A DNA stretch of 62,928 bases, filler included, from Neolecta irregularis DAH-3 (taxonomy: Eukaryota): the NCBI GenBank assembly GCA_001929475.1. It is 11 parts of 11 records of this genome, joined end to end, with 100 filler letters (N's around TTAATTAATTAA, not from the genome) between each part and the next. Parts side by side here need not be neighbours in the genome. Positions count along the whole stretch, not along the records: positions 12,495 to 13,700 come from LXFE01001563.1; positions 13,801 to 16,091 come from LXFE01001569.1; positions 16,192 to 17,360 come from LXFE01001571.1; positions 17,461 to 23,396 come from LXFE01001572.1; 7 more parts are not named here. One strand, 5' to 3'. Below, piece after piece: positions 12,495 through 23,496 of this stretch. Position numbers and translations under genes: made by a program. The notes beneath the pieces are model-generated. The model made no database searches. It saw nothing but the letters and a program-made list of their open reading frames with translations, and was not told where the DNA came from. Each line of letters opens with the position of its first letter. Positions within the stretch are counted from its first letter, which is position 1.

Positions 12495-13641
12495 ACTATC
12501 TGAATAGATATAGTTACTCTCTCAGTTACTATCATCCATCCACTTGTCAACTTAAAGTCCTATAAGAGAGTTTTTACCTTCAACAAGACAAAGGCTCTCA
12601 CACCGATGTTTTCCTCCAAAACTGACGGATTCACAAAGACAATTTCTGACAGAAAACGACGGTTGTTTTAATTGCCGCAAGATTAACGCGGGATATTGGG
12701 CCCATAATTGTCCAGAATTATCTCATAACTCATTAAAAAGAGAACCGTTGGCGAACCAGACAAAGCCAGGCTCTACACATTTAAATCGACGACAATCTTA
12801 GAAACAACAGGAGAATATTCATTCACTGAAGACAGCAATACCAGCCACTACGATAGTTAGTGCAGAGCTCGAAAGTAATAACCTCCATCATATTTCGCTC
12901 AAGGAGATGCTGGAGCCATTGACTTCATCTAGCGAGAATGAAGTATCGTGCTCATTGCAGGACAACATGGAGTTGGCAGGGACTCATTGTGAGCCAATCA
13001 CAATTCCGATTACCTTATGAGGTATTGAAACGAAAGCGTTGATTGATTCTGGATCTTCTTCAAATGTCATTGCACAATCATTTGTTGATCATCATGCTAT
13101 TTCACTATATCAATTAGCATGTCTGACAACATTAAAACAGGCACTTCATGGTTCCCCAACAATGATATCGAAAGGAGTTACAGCATAACTGGAAGTTGGC
13201 ATAACCAGATTGAAAGCAGGCCCAGTCCTGTTTAAAATAGCCCCGCTCAATAAGTATAACGTTATATTAGGAGCACCATTTATGCGAGACCATCATGCCT
13301 ATCCTGATCAATTCAATCAACGTTTCGTCATCAACAAGTTAAGGCCGGCAGAAATCAATGAGCCATCCCAAGTACCCCAAAGTTGCGAAGAAATCAAAGA
13401 GAAGAAAGGGAATCCAAAACTTGATCAGCTGTATATAAGTCTCAATAAAGATTTATTACTCGCGTACCTGGATGTCTTTACCGATGAACTTCCAGATAGA
13501 CGGCCTTTTCCCCAAACACCTAAGCATAGAATTAAACTGATAGACGATACGCAGAAAGTGAATGGCAAGCTCCTGCATATCCCAACTCGGTTTTGGCCAC
13601 ATATGCAGCAATTTTTAATGGAACACCGATGCGCGTTGTAG
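12495..13641 (+). mobile_element. Degenerate Ty3/gypsy gag-protease-pre-RT fragment
   Basis: Zinc knuckle remnant CFNCRK....WAHNC, protease KALIDSGSSSN, YNVILGAPF and DVFTDELP...HRIKL. In-frame stops near 13018 and 13186. Confidence 0.85.
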
Positions 13642-14001
13642 GCGAGATAACGCTGATGCGATATAATGACTAACCGAGTTATGCGAAGTTACCGAAACTT
13701 NNNNNNNNNNNNNNNNNNNNNNNNNNNNNNNNNNNNNNNNNNNNTTAATTAATTAANNNNNNNNNNNNNNNNNNNNNNNNNNNNNNNNNNNNNNNNNNNN
13801 CCAAATCAAACAGGCCCCCCAAATCAAACTTCAAATCCATTCACGGAAAAGAATGGCGCTGGAATCGGTTTACAAGAGACAGCAAGTACGAATCCGTTTA
13901 GGCATAGCATTCTTCCCTCAAACCAAAAATTTTCACACTGGTAGAAAAATAACGTAATATATATCCAATAAAAACGCCAAAAAAACAGCCCGCATCTTGC
14001 T

Positions 14002-14371
14002 TCATTCATAGTCTTCATCATGTTGAGGTCTTGATCCACAAGTGACATTATCACCCTGTTCTCTAGCAATATCTTCACAAGCATCCACCCAAGCCGAATA
14101 AACATCAATAGGCGCACTTAAATCTAAAGTAAGCCCGTTCCAGTACTCGCATACTATCAGTCGTAGCTTGAAAACTCTGTCCACACACTTTACAAGACAA
14201 ATATCCCACCGCACTTCCTTTATCTCTAAACCGTCAACCAACACCTGACAAATCACACATTTTACAACTGACGGAGCCCTCGTGGTTGCAGATGATACAC
14301 GTGAATTGTTTATCCAGCTTTTCCCGTTTTTTAGGTCCAGCGGGTTTCGTCTTCTTGGAGCGTTTACCCAT
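14002..14371 (-). CDS. ELF1: Transcription elongation factor Elf1, multi-exon
   Basis: MGKRSKKTKPAGPKKREKLDKQFTCIICNHEGSVSC, a second CxxC (CLVKC region, approximate) and LSAPIDVYSAWVDACE. Confidence 0.92.
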
Positions 14372-14780
14372 TATTTGGGGTTGGACAGAATCAACTTTGC
14401 AGTCAGCCTGATCTGATCACGTGATACAATACACTTTACATAAAACTGTAGAAGCTGGTTGATGCGATTTTTATGTTTCTGTGTATTGAAATGATATCCA
14501 AGTAACAGGAATAGGCAGCTGAAGAATAGGCAGCTGAAACAATAGGCAGCTATAATGGTTAATTACTAGATGTAATAAATGTCAAAGCTCTAGGGCGGTA
14601 GAATCGGAATACAAACTAGCACCTGAACGATAATCATATGGTTGAATCGAATAATACCTAGACACTGATAGACAATCAAGCAAAGTGATACATAAATGTT
14701 TAACGAGCACCACTAACAATATCACGTGATTTATATATCAATTTGGGAGTACGTATGCCATTTACCACATTTATCGAGCA

Positions 14781-16091
14781 ATGGTTGCTATATCCTCCGC
14801 CAGTACCTATTCCTTCATTTGCAAGAGCTAAATACGTATAGATGGGTTGATTGCACTTCTAGATGAACCAGAACCACAATTACAGTGCTTTGCATTAGAC
14901 AAATTGAATATTTTGATCGATCAATTCTGGGCAGAAGTAGCGGACGATGTATCAAAAATGTACCTGCTACGCTTTTTCGAGTCTAAACTAGTAGCGAGAT
15001 TCTTTATGAAGACGATAGATTTCCGCAGAGGGAGTTGGCTGCGCTGGTTGCTTCAAAGGCAATAATTTTTGTGTGAACGATATTTATTTGAAATAGGTTT
15101 ATTATCATCTTGGAGAATACGAAGAAAGTCTGCAATTTGCTCTGAGAGCCGGGAAGTTGTTTGATTTATCTGCAAAGACCGAGTTCGTCGAGACGATAAT
15201 TTGTATGGGCTTGCCGCGAAATCTTTTAATCGTATAGCGAACTGTATTGACAAATATATTGAATATTCTGCCGCGGGTCAAGAGGTTGATAAGAGACTAC
15301 AGGATGTAGTCGAACGTATGTTCAAAAAGTGTTTTGAGGATAAAGAATGGAAACAAGTACCACACCCTCATATTCACTGACTCAAAACAGGCTATTGGAA
15401 TTGCATTGGAGTCGAGGCGGTTGGATGTAATACAGCACGCTTTCAAAGAAAGCAAAGATGAGAGATTGATGGGATATGTTCTCGAAGTCAGTTTGACCAT
15501 TGTACAAAATCGAGCATTTAGAAATAAGGTATCCCGTGAATATTTGAAGACTGACCCCAGGTTCTCGAATTACTCGTCGATACGTTCATGAAACAATCTA
15601 GTCCGGATTATTTATCCGTAGCGAAATGTCTAGTTCTATTGCAAGATTCGTCATCACCAGCCAAACTTCTCACAGACTTGGTTAATAAAGGCGACACCGT
15701 ATACTCCACTTGCTATAAACTTGACCGGATAGCATTCATTGCTCGTCGCATATCAAATTGCATTTGACATTGAATCCTCTGCAACCCAAGAATATCTCCA
15801 GACAATATCCTCTCAGTTACCCTCAGATGAAACAAATGCTCAGATATGGAACAACATGCAAAGTATTCTTTCCGGACAACAACTAATCAACCTCAACCTC
15901 GAATTTCTATGTCGAAACAATAACGCCGATATGCTCATTCTTACCAAAACCAAAGATTCCCTAGAAGGTCGGAATTCAATTTTTCATTCTGCAGTCACAT
16001 TTGCTAATGCATTCATGAATGCCGGGACAACTTCTGATGGATTTTTCAGACAAAATCTTGAATGGCTGGGAAAGGCATCAAACTGGGGCAA
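14781..16091 (+). CDS. RPN2: 26S proteasome regulatory subunit Rpn2, N-terminal part, truncated by spacer
   Basis: [41 protein letters not shown] and [34 protein letters not shown]. Confidence 0.95.
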
Positions 16092-16191
16092 NNNNNNNNN
16101 NNNNNNNNNNNNNNNNNNNNNNNNNNNNNNNNNNNTTAATTAATTAANNNNNNNNNNNNNNNNNNNNNNNNNNNNNNNNNNNNNNNNNNNN

Positions 16192-17103
16192 TTTTCTGAC
16201 AATGATAAAAGGAGATGCCAAGATGTTGATTACCACATCGACATTCATTAGAGCCTCACTTACAGTGTCGATCGATAGGAAATCTCCTTCGAAAATATTG
16301 ACGCGATCACGCAAAGCGCGAGGAATCGTTTTTGCTGATTTAACCACGACATTGATTTCGTAATCCCTTTCTAATCCATGTGTACACAATCCAGCAACGA
16401 AGTTGCCCATTGGATCGAGTATTAATAGTCGTTTTGGCGGTTTGATATTTTCGGATAAGGTGTCAATCTTATCTTGAAAGAAGGTTTGCCGTAGATCTGG
16501 AAAATCATCTTGCAAGCTAACAGAGTTGTAGTTTGCAGATTCTTGAAGTTGAAATGGATCAGAGGTGACTACCATCATCAGTATAAGAGTCAATAAATCA
16601 GGTGATTACATCGAGTGCTTATACCTAGAGTTGGGCGACCATTTTGAGTAGACTCGAATATTCGAACGACTTCGCAATTTATCCCGATATTATCCATGTC
16701 TCCGAAAGAACGAATCGTTTCACCACCCTCTTCCTGGCAAACATAAAACTTGCGATTCTGGTTCCCATTCAAAGTGATTACTTCTAGTTCTCCAATATAA
16801 TCAAGTTGAAATTCATCTGCTTCTTCGTGGTTTGTGGAGAGCACCAGGCGCCCGTTAGAAGCGATTCGTACACACTCCTGGAACCTGTTGCAAAGGCGGT
16901 TTTCCTTCAAAAAGAAAATACTCGGGGACTCATCGATTATGAGTGGCGAATCACTACAATTCAAATAATGAGGCGAATGAACGGCCGCATTGTAAAAGAT
17001 TTTCAAGGCTAAAGTGAGATCAAGTAAAGTTCAATAGTTGGTTACTGAATGTCTTTGTTGCAAGAACAATTGCAAAGAGTTGTGTGAAAAGCGCAACTCT
17101 CAT
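16192..17103 (-). CDS. Secreted protein with PIR-like Cys domain followed by an NAD(P)-binding Rossmann-like domain, 3' truncated
   Basis: Signal exon MRVALFTQLFAIVLATKTF. Intron GTAAC...TTTAG joins in frame to ORF 16590-17006, and a second intron GTATAAG...GGTAG joins in frame to ORF 16144-16593. Confidence 0.65.
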
Positions 17104-17460
17104 TAGATCTTGGGTTTTGAGTGGAATCCCGCCAGCTTTTATTGTATTTTTCAGTTGAGTTGTCTCGGTGTATCAAAACGGGTATATAGTTGTCTTGAGA
17201 TATATTTGGCAGATCGATGAGTGGAATTGTCTTTTCGGAAAGTAACTACAGATCACCGATATCACAACATATGTCTTGATCCCATATCTACTTACCTTCC
17301 CTCCATCTCGATCAATGTGTCCCCCCGCCTGCCCCGCCCGCCGGAGGATCTCCGGCAGGCNNNNNNNNNNNNNNNNNNNNNNNNNNNNNNNNNNNNNNNN
17401 NNNNTTAATTAATTAANNNNNNNNNNNNNNNNNNNNNNNNNNNNNNNNNNNNNNNNNNNN

Positions 17461-18443
17461 TTGTAGAAAAACCCAGGCCAAATTTTGAAAGCACTCTGGG
17501 GTAGAGCAACTTCTCGAAGGAACTGTCCATGAATCTAGGTCCGTGCTAATAAGTTGAGTAGCCATCTTTTCTGCGGTTTCCTGATTTGATTTGCGGCGTT
17601 TGGCCGGTGGTTCTCCATTTTCGGTGTCTTCATTTTCGGGATCGTTGAAATATGTCAGAATATCATTTTCAAAACTTATTGATTTTGATAGGGTGGCATG
17701 CATCGCAATCTCCCTGCATAAGAGTAAAAGAGGGACGTAGACTGCTTCTGTGACCGCTGGAGAGAATACTGAATCTCCCCCATATTTTTTAAAAATATCC
17801 TTGGCCCACTCTTCTCCTTATTTACTTTTCATATCGCGAGAAATTTCTTGGAGAGAAAATGTTTGTTGTTCACGAATACTAGAATATCAGACTTTCCATT
17901 CAATCGCAGGTGCTTACTTGATACTGCTAGCACGCGTCTAACCGGACCGGGTGGTTCCGTAACAATATCTGACGACGAGGTGCCAAATTTCAGACATTCG
18001 TATTCATGGCCTGATGGGTGGCGTAATATGACGAATGACTTGCAGATATACCGATTTTTGTAGCATTCCTATGAATGACTCTGTTTCAACACGAATGTTT
18101 CTGAATTCGGATTGTGGTTGGAAAATGCTGTTGGAGGCTGAATCTTGGTGGGAAACTTCCTGATCCGGAAAGTGCTTTGTCGGGATTGTTTCAAACAGCT
18201 TGTCACGATGACGGTAAAATTTATACTTCTTGCTGGGTATCTTGGCGAAAAACCCTTCACGGATAGACATTGAGCCATCTGGACTGAAACAAGCCCGAGT
18301 AACAGTTCTCTGAGATGTTGGTACAATGCTGGAAGGATACTCAAAGTCAAATGATTCCAAGGGCAATTATTATACAGCGGCATAGGTATACCCTCACCAA
18401 TTGGGAAAGAATGCGTAATTACAGCCTTTTGAAGAGTATACAT
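17461..18443 (-). pseudogene. Probable disrupted gene of unknown function
   Basis: Coding-like frames continue through in-frame stops (QSHS*ECYKNR, MKSK*GEEWAK). There is one intron-like GTAAG...CTAG and an NLS-like PPAKRRK. Confidence 0.4.
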
Positions 18444-18547
18444 GTATACAATACCTAGTCTATGTCAACGCTTCGACTAGGTACGTTTCCTAAGTTACAA
18501 AAGTTGGACTAGAATACACTGGTAACTTGAGAGCTCGACAGTTTAGA

Positions 18548-19636
18548 TTATGAAGCAATACCAGACTGCTGATACAATCTTTTAAGACGCAAGCGGGCAA
18601 AAAGCGAGTAAAGTTCAGGATAATTGCTCAAAAGAGAAGCAGCCCGTGTTGCTTCGCGAAAGCACAGGTCAGTGCTGCAAATCAAGGCGATTTCAATGTA
18701 CTGAAAAGTGAAATCTTTCAAGGATTGGACTTTGAAGATATCGGCCAGACGATAAATTGAGAGTGCGCTGCACTCGGAGATACCTTGATTTTGCAATGGT
18801 CTTGTATGGACGACAGTTTTTGTGAGAGGTTTGAATTGAATTTGCATGGAATATAGATATCGAATGAGACATTTGAACGCATATATATCGTCGACTTGGA
18901 TATCGACTACACGATGATTTTCATCGTCCGAGGTTGAGTCATTACTTTTTATAGAGTCTGAGGAGAACAGAGCAGAAAAGTATTGTGAGCGTCTGGAAAG
19001 AAAATCAGACGACGCATATATCCGCATTGAACTTGAGCAATTGTGCAGGTGAGGAGCCAAGACTATATCTGATGCTAGGGGATTGTCAAACAAGGCGTCA
19101 TGACAAGCGAGCCGTAGGTCAAACAAGTCATTCTCCAAGATGAGTTGAGGCACATTTTGTGACTCGTGGATGATGAGCGAGACTTTAGCGTGAAGGGGAC
19201 GCAGATTGTGTGGTTTGATAGGGTAGGCAGTGAATCTCAAGGGAGGTCCTGTATCTGAATTTGCACTGTAGTGGATATCTCTAGAGATGAATCGTGACCG
19301 ACCCCCTGGCCCGTCGGGTTGTCCTCCATGCCATGCGCATTCCAGAGTGAACCAGGCCTTTCGAAACCAGCAGCCAGAGAAAGAGCATTCATAAAACCTT
19401 GGAATTGCCTGAAAGAAGACTGTTAGAAAAGAGCCGTGTTTGTTGCTCTCGGCACGCATTCGGAATGACCATCCGGGGAGAGAGACGGATAGGAGTGGGT
19501 TTTCAAAGACTACTTGTGGAGGATTTTCCGGGTCAATGGGACCCTCTAGCTTTCTCTGAAACAGCTTATCGATATTATCCAGATTGAATGTGTGTGTGGT
19601 TGAAGCAACCGACTGCAATTTAGTCATGGTGGTCAT
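18548..19636 (-). CDS. Intronless MATH-like + BTB/POZ protein (alternative in-frame ATGs at 19627 and 19729)
   Basis: GSFLTVFFQAIPR, SDIVL...IYASSDFLSRRSQYFSALF, AFKCLIRYLYS and IYRLADIFKVQSLK. Confidence 0.85.
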   Translation of the reverse strand: MTTMTKLQSVASTTHTFNLDNIDKLFQRKLEGPIDPENPPQVVFENPLLSVSLPGWSFRMRAESNKHGSFLTVFFQAIPRFYECSFSGCWFRKAWFTLECAWHGGQPDGPGGRSRFISRDIHYSANSDTGPPLRFTAYPIKPHNLRPLHAKVSLIIHESQNVPQLILENDLFDLRLACHDALFDNPLASDIVLAPHLHNCSSSMRIYASSDFLSRRSQYFSALFSSDSIKSNDSTSDDENHRVVDIQVDDIYAFKCLIRYLYSMQIQFKPLTKTVVHTRPLQNQGISECSALSIYRLADIFKVQSLKDFTFQYIEIALICSTDLCFREATRAASLLSNYPELYSLFARLRLKRLYQQSGIAS

Positions 19637-19871
19637 GGTGGAGAAAAATATCACGCGCGTCACGTTGTCACCGCCAATCTGGCTATCATTGAATGTGTGT
19701 GGTTGAAGCAACGACTGCAATTTAGTCATGGTGGGGAAAAATATCACGCGCGCCCCGCCAATCTGGCTATCGATATTATGTAGTGTGTGGGTGGTTGAAA
19801 CAACCGAGTCATGGTGGTCAGGGTGGAGAAAAATATCACGCGCGCCACGTTGTCACCGCCAATCTGGCTAT
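19584..19871. repeat. Three tandem copies (about 85-105 bp) between the divergent BTB genes
   Basis: GGTTGAA.CAAC...GTCATGGTGG...AAAAATATCACGCGCG...CCGCCAATCTGGCTATC occurs three times. Confidence 0.9.
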
Positions 19872-19885
19872 CGATTAGCACCGCC

Positions 19886-21094
19886 ATGTCGGTACCTGTA
19901 ATTGTGGCAAAAGCAGCTCGGAAGCTTGAATATGACATGTTGTTACCGGACATCGACCGGCTATTTGGAGACGCGACAAGTGGCGAAGAGCAGGCTGCTG
20001 TGCCGTCGACGCCTCCTAAAGTCAGGGGCCAGATCATGCTGGGACTGGATTCCGGGTGGACTGCTGTGCTCAAGGCGCATGCTGAAAGCGCGCGGTTCAA
20101 GATTCCGCATCTTTCTTTTTTCCTGTACGCCCGGCCGCGCGACCACGAAGAGGTATTTGGTAATCACTGGACACGGACCGCGTCGTACGATATCTCGGTA
20201 ACATGGTGTAGCCGAGATGGCACGAAATCTGTCGCGGCAATGTCATTGAAGACGCAGACCCGCAGTTATAGTAAAAAAAACGACAGCTGGGGATGGGAGA
20301 ACTTTACCGAAGTCGAGACGCCGTACCGAAAAGAGCTATCTGCGCATCTTAAACTGACGATCTATGAATCCCCGGCTCCGATTGAAATCTCGAGTCGTCA
20401 TCTCAACTATAAACAAGAATTACTTCAACTGTACGGAAAATTACTGCAATCTCCGGATTCTTCGAACGAGGACTTGGTCATTGCAGCGAGCCAACTGGGA
20501 TCCTCTGAATCCACCGACATTTTCGTTTCGAAAAACATACTCTGCGAGCGATCCGACTTTTTCAAGAATATGATAAACGGGCAATTCAGCGAGACGATGA
20601 GCGGAAAACAACGGAAAGTAAATAGCGTTCTGGTAGCCGTGATTGAAATGGAGACGATCGATGTAACCGCGTTAAAAGCGATTCTCCACTGGCTTCACAC
20701 GGATACCATTAAATTTTCCGATTTCGAGATATTGCATGCGGCGCCGGAAGAAGCTACCACCCCAGGATTAGAGAAACTGGCAAATCCGCTGCTAGTGTAC
20801 CGGTTATGCGACATGTACCAGATCGACCGGTTGAAAAGTCTGGCGTTAGCGTATACCCGCGCCGCACTAAATAAAGACAATGTAATTGACGTATTGCAAA
20901 AGGACGATGCGCAGGCTGTTTCAGATTACCCTGAACTGTACCAGGTCTTTATCAATCTTTTTAAATTACATCATTCGCAGATTCGGGTTACTGACAAGTT
21001 TTTGTTTGCGGTGACGGGGTCGAGTAGTGAGGCTTTACAAGGTTTCTGGAGACAAGTGTTGAAAAGTTTACTTGAACTGACGCCTCAGGGGTAG
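19886..21094 (+). CDS. Intronless MATH + BTB/POZ protein (SPOP-like architecture)
   Basis: Kozak-like ACCGCCATG at 19886. MATH motifs HLSFFLYA and SYSKKNDSWGWENF; BTB motifs IFVSKNILCERSDFFKNMINGQFSE, ALKAILHWLHT and VYRLCDMYQIDRLK. Confidence 0.9.
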   Translation: MSVPVIVAKAARKLEYDMLLPDIDRLFGDATSGEEQAAVPSTPPKVRGQIMLGLDSGWTAVLKAHAESARFKIPHLSFFLYARPRDHEEVFGNHWTRTASYDISVTWCSRDGTKSVAAMSLKTQTRSYSKKNDSWGWENFTEVETPYRKELSAHLKLTIYESPAPIEISSRHLNYKQELLQLYGKLLQSPDSSNEDLVIAASQLGSSESTDIFVSKNILCERSDFFKNMINGQFSETMSGKQRKVNSVLVAVIEMETIDVTALKAILHWLHTDTIKFSDFEILHAAPEEATTPGLEKLANPLLVYRLCDMYQIDRLKSLALAYTRAALNKDNVIDVLQKDDAQAVSDYPELYQVFINLFKLHHSQIRVTDKFLFAVTGSSSEALQGFWRQVLKSLLELTPQG

Positions 21095-21154
21095 AAATGG
21101 TCATCTTGTACTGTAGTCTTTTACTTTAATTCTACAGTTTATACTGTACTCTAC

Positions 21155-23396
21155 TCACCAAAGGATAGGCAATTCTGGAAACCCACGTTCTCTCATCTCC
21201 CAATAGCCGTCCAAACATTTAACCTTCCACGCGCCATCACTTTCGTCAAACCATTTCGCCGTCCATATTTCTCCGCAGGAATCCATTTCCGCCCTACGAG
21301 CTCTTTGCAAATTCTCGACACGCTCCTTTTTAATTTCTGCGCCATCGTAATTTCCTTCTTCGAGCATTCGTTGATCGGGCCGTAGTCGAGAATCCGTTTT
21401 AGCAAGATGATTTTTTTCAAGCGATGTTATTTGGTTTAACTGGGCTGCAAAGATGGTGAAGCCGCAGTGTGTTTCGGGGGATGAAACTAGTTGTCCGCAA
21501 CGCCAAATGACGTCTCCTAAATTTGTAGTCAGCTCTGTTGTCCATTTTCCTGAGAGCGAAATGGAGTGCCGTTGACCGTCTGCGCTGAACGCTTGGACGT
21601 CGATCTATATTCAGCGGCGCCAGTAGAAAGGGTACGTCTTCGCTGCGACCGCTAAACATTCCACCTGCTTTGAACGAGACAACGGCGCGTTCAGAGGTCT
21701 TGCTGTTTTTAACAACCATATGGCCAACTGGCTCCACGTATTTTTCACCCATAGTGACATTTCGCAAATACGAAACTGGTTTCTCGTAAATGTACTTTTC
21801 TCCCGTTTCTAGAAAAAGGATTTGCACGGTGGCGTTTGGAATGACTTCGTATGATTTCCCGTAGAATTTCTGAGTGGGCATTTGGGATTGTGTGAATACC
21901 CATTTTGAGGAGGAGGCGTGGCACTGTTGTTAGATTTGTAGGTGTGAGAGGTACGGCGAGAATAGGCGGTCTATGAGAGACTTTTTCTGCAATAAATCTG
22001 AATCCTGCAATCAATATAATATGGAACAATACGGACCTTTATCCTCTCTAATTAATTCAAAGGTCTCGCCTAAAAGAGGATTAAACGGCTAAAGTCAGAA
22101 ATACTCCAATACGGACTACCTTTCTAATGCTCCGTTCTTTAGCTCTCATGTTTGAAAACGAACTAGTGGCAAAAGCGGCCACGTACAATAAGCGCAAGGA
22201 AGGATCGAGAGTTGCAGCCTTGTCTAGAATTTCCGAGTATTCTAATTCTTCTGCGAGTTTTTGCAAGAGGTTTAATGGTTCGTTTGCCGAAACGGGCATT
22301 GTTACAGTTGACAAGTCTTTTCCGACCTTTGATTAGCAGGGGGCGATTAGTGGGGTACGTTTTTGCGGAGGAGGCCTAGGAGGCTTGGGGGTTGAATTAG
22401 GATTTCTACGGGGAGGTTTTGGCGTCGTTGGATTTGAGGGATTTTTGACAATGACGAGACAGCGGGGGGGATCAGGACTGACTGGGAGTCCGAGTCTAGT
22501 TCTGAATCTAGATCTGAATCCAGATCTTTCAGGCCTGGGGCTGTGTGTTAGAGGACAGCAACCAAGGGGATACTTGTCGCAGGCCCGACATCGAGGGGAC
22601 TGTCGTCATAGGCATCGAAAAAGTCGTCAGTTGAATCGCTGCTCCTGGAGCGAGTGCGGGTAAGAATGGGCGAGGGCTGGGGATTCGGAGAAACGAGGCT
22701 GGCGAGGTCTGCGAGGAGGCCCGCGATGTCTGCGTCGATCATGTCCAGGTGGAGCCGCAGGGGATGGAGATCATGGGCGAGCGACTGGGCGCTGTCTGGG
22801 GGCGGGGCGACATTGCTCTCTGGGGGGGCGACATTACTCACTGGGGGGGCGACATTACTCACTGGGGGGGCGAAATTACTCTCTGGGGGCGGAGGCAAGG
22901 GCAGGGCGCAGAGGGCGGCTCTGATGCCTGCGAGCTTGAGGGCGCAGAGAGGCAGGGCGTCGCAGAGCGGGCGGTCGAGGACGGGCGGGGCGGGCGGCAA
23001 CGCCAAGGGCGGGCGGGCGCGGGCACGCTCGATGGCGGCGCACCAGGAGGACCAGTCGTGCTGCGAGAGGGCGCGCAGGCTCCAGACGAGGGTGCCGCTG
23101 TCGACAAAGAGCTCGAGCGAGGCCGGGTCGACGGTGACGGCGGCGATGGCGAGCGGGATGGCGCCGCGGATGGCGGGGGCGGCGGGGCTGAGGGCGTAGG
23201 AGAGCGTGGCGCCGTCGAGCACAAAGTAGCGGCGCGCATAGCCCTGGTTGCGTTTGCGCTTCTTCTTGAGGAGGAAGCCTGCGAGGGAGGATGTGGAGGT
23301 GGAGAGCGAGGCGAGGGAGGAGAGCGGGGCGGAGGAGAGCGGGGCGGAGGAGAGCGGGGCGGAGGAGAGCGATGCGGGAGTAGGCTCAGAGAGATG
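21155..23396 (-). CDS. OSH3: Oxysterol-binding protein (PH + ORD), 5' truncated, multi-exon
   Basis: PH motif LLKKKRKRNQGYARRYFVL. ORD motifs MPVSANEPLNLLQKLAEELEYS, PFNPLLGETFE, EKVSHRPP and DSRLRPDQR. Confidence 0.9.
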
Positions 23397-23496
23397 NNNN
23401 NNNNNNNNNNNNNNNNNNNNNNNNNNNNNNNNNNNNNNNNTTAATTAATTAANNNNNNNNNNNNNNNNNNNNNNNNNNNNNNNNNNNNNNNNNNNN

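Noticed and set aside
22654..23448. Multiple overlapping ORFs opposite OSH3 (likewise 26260-27402, 25266-25907, 37111-37509 and 57699-58123)
   Set aside because: These are shadow ORFs caused by high GC or by antisense to charged coding sequence.
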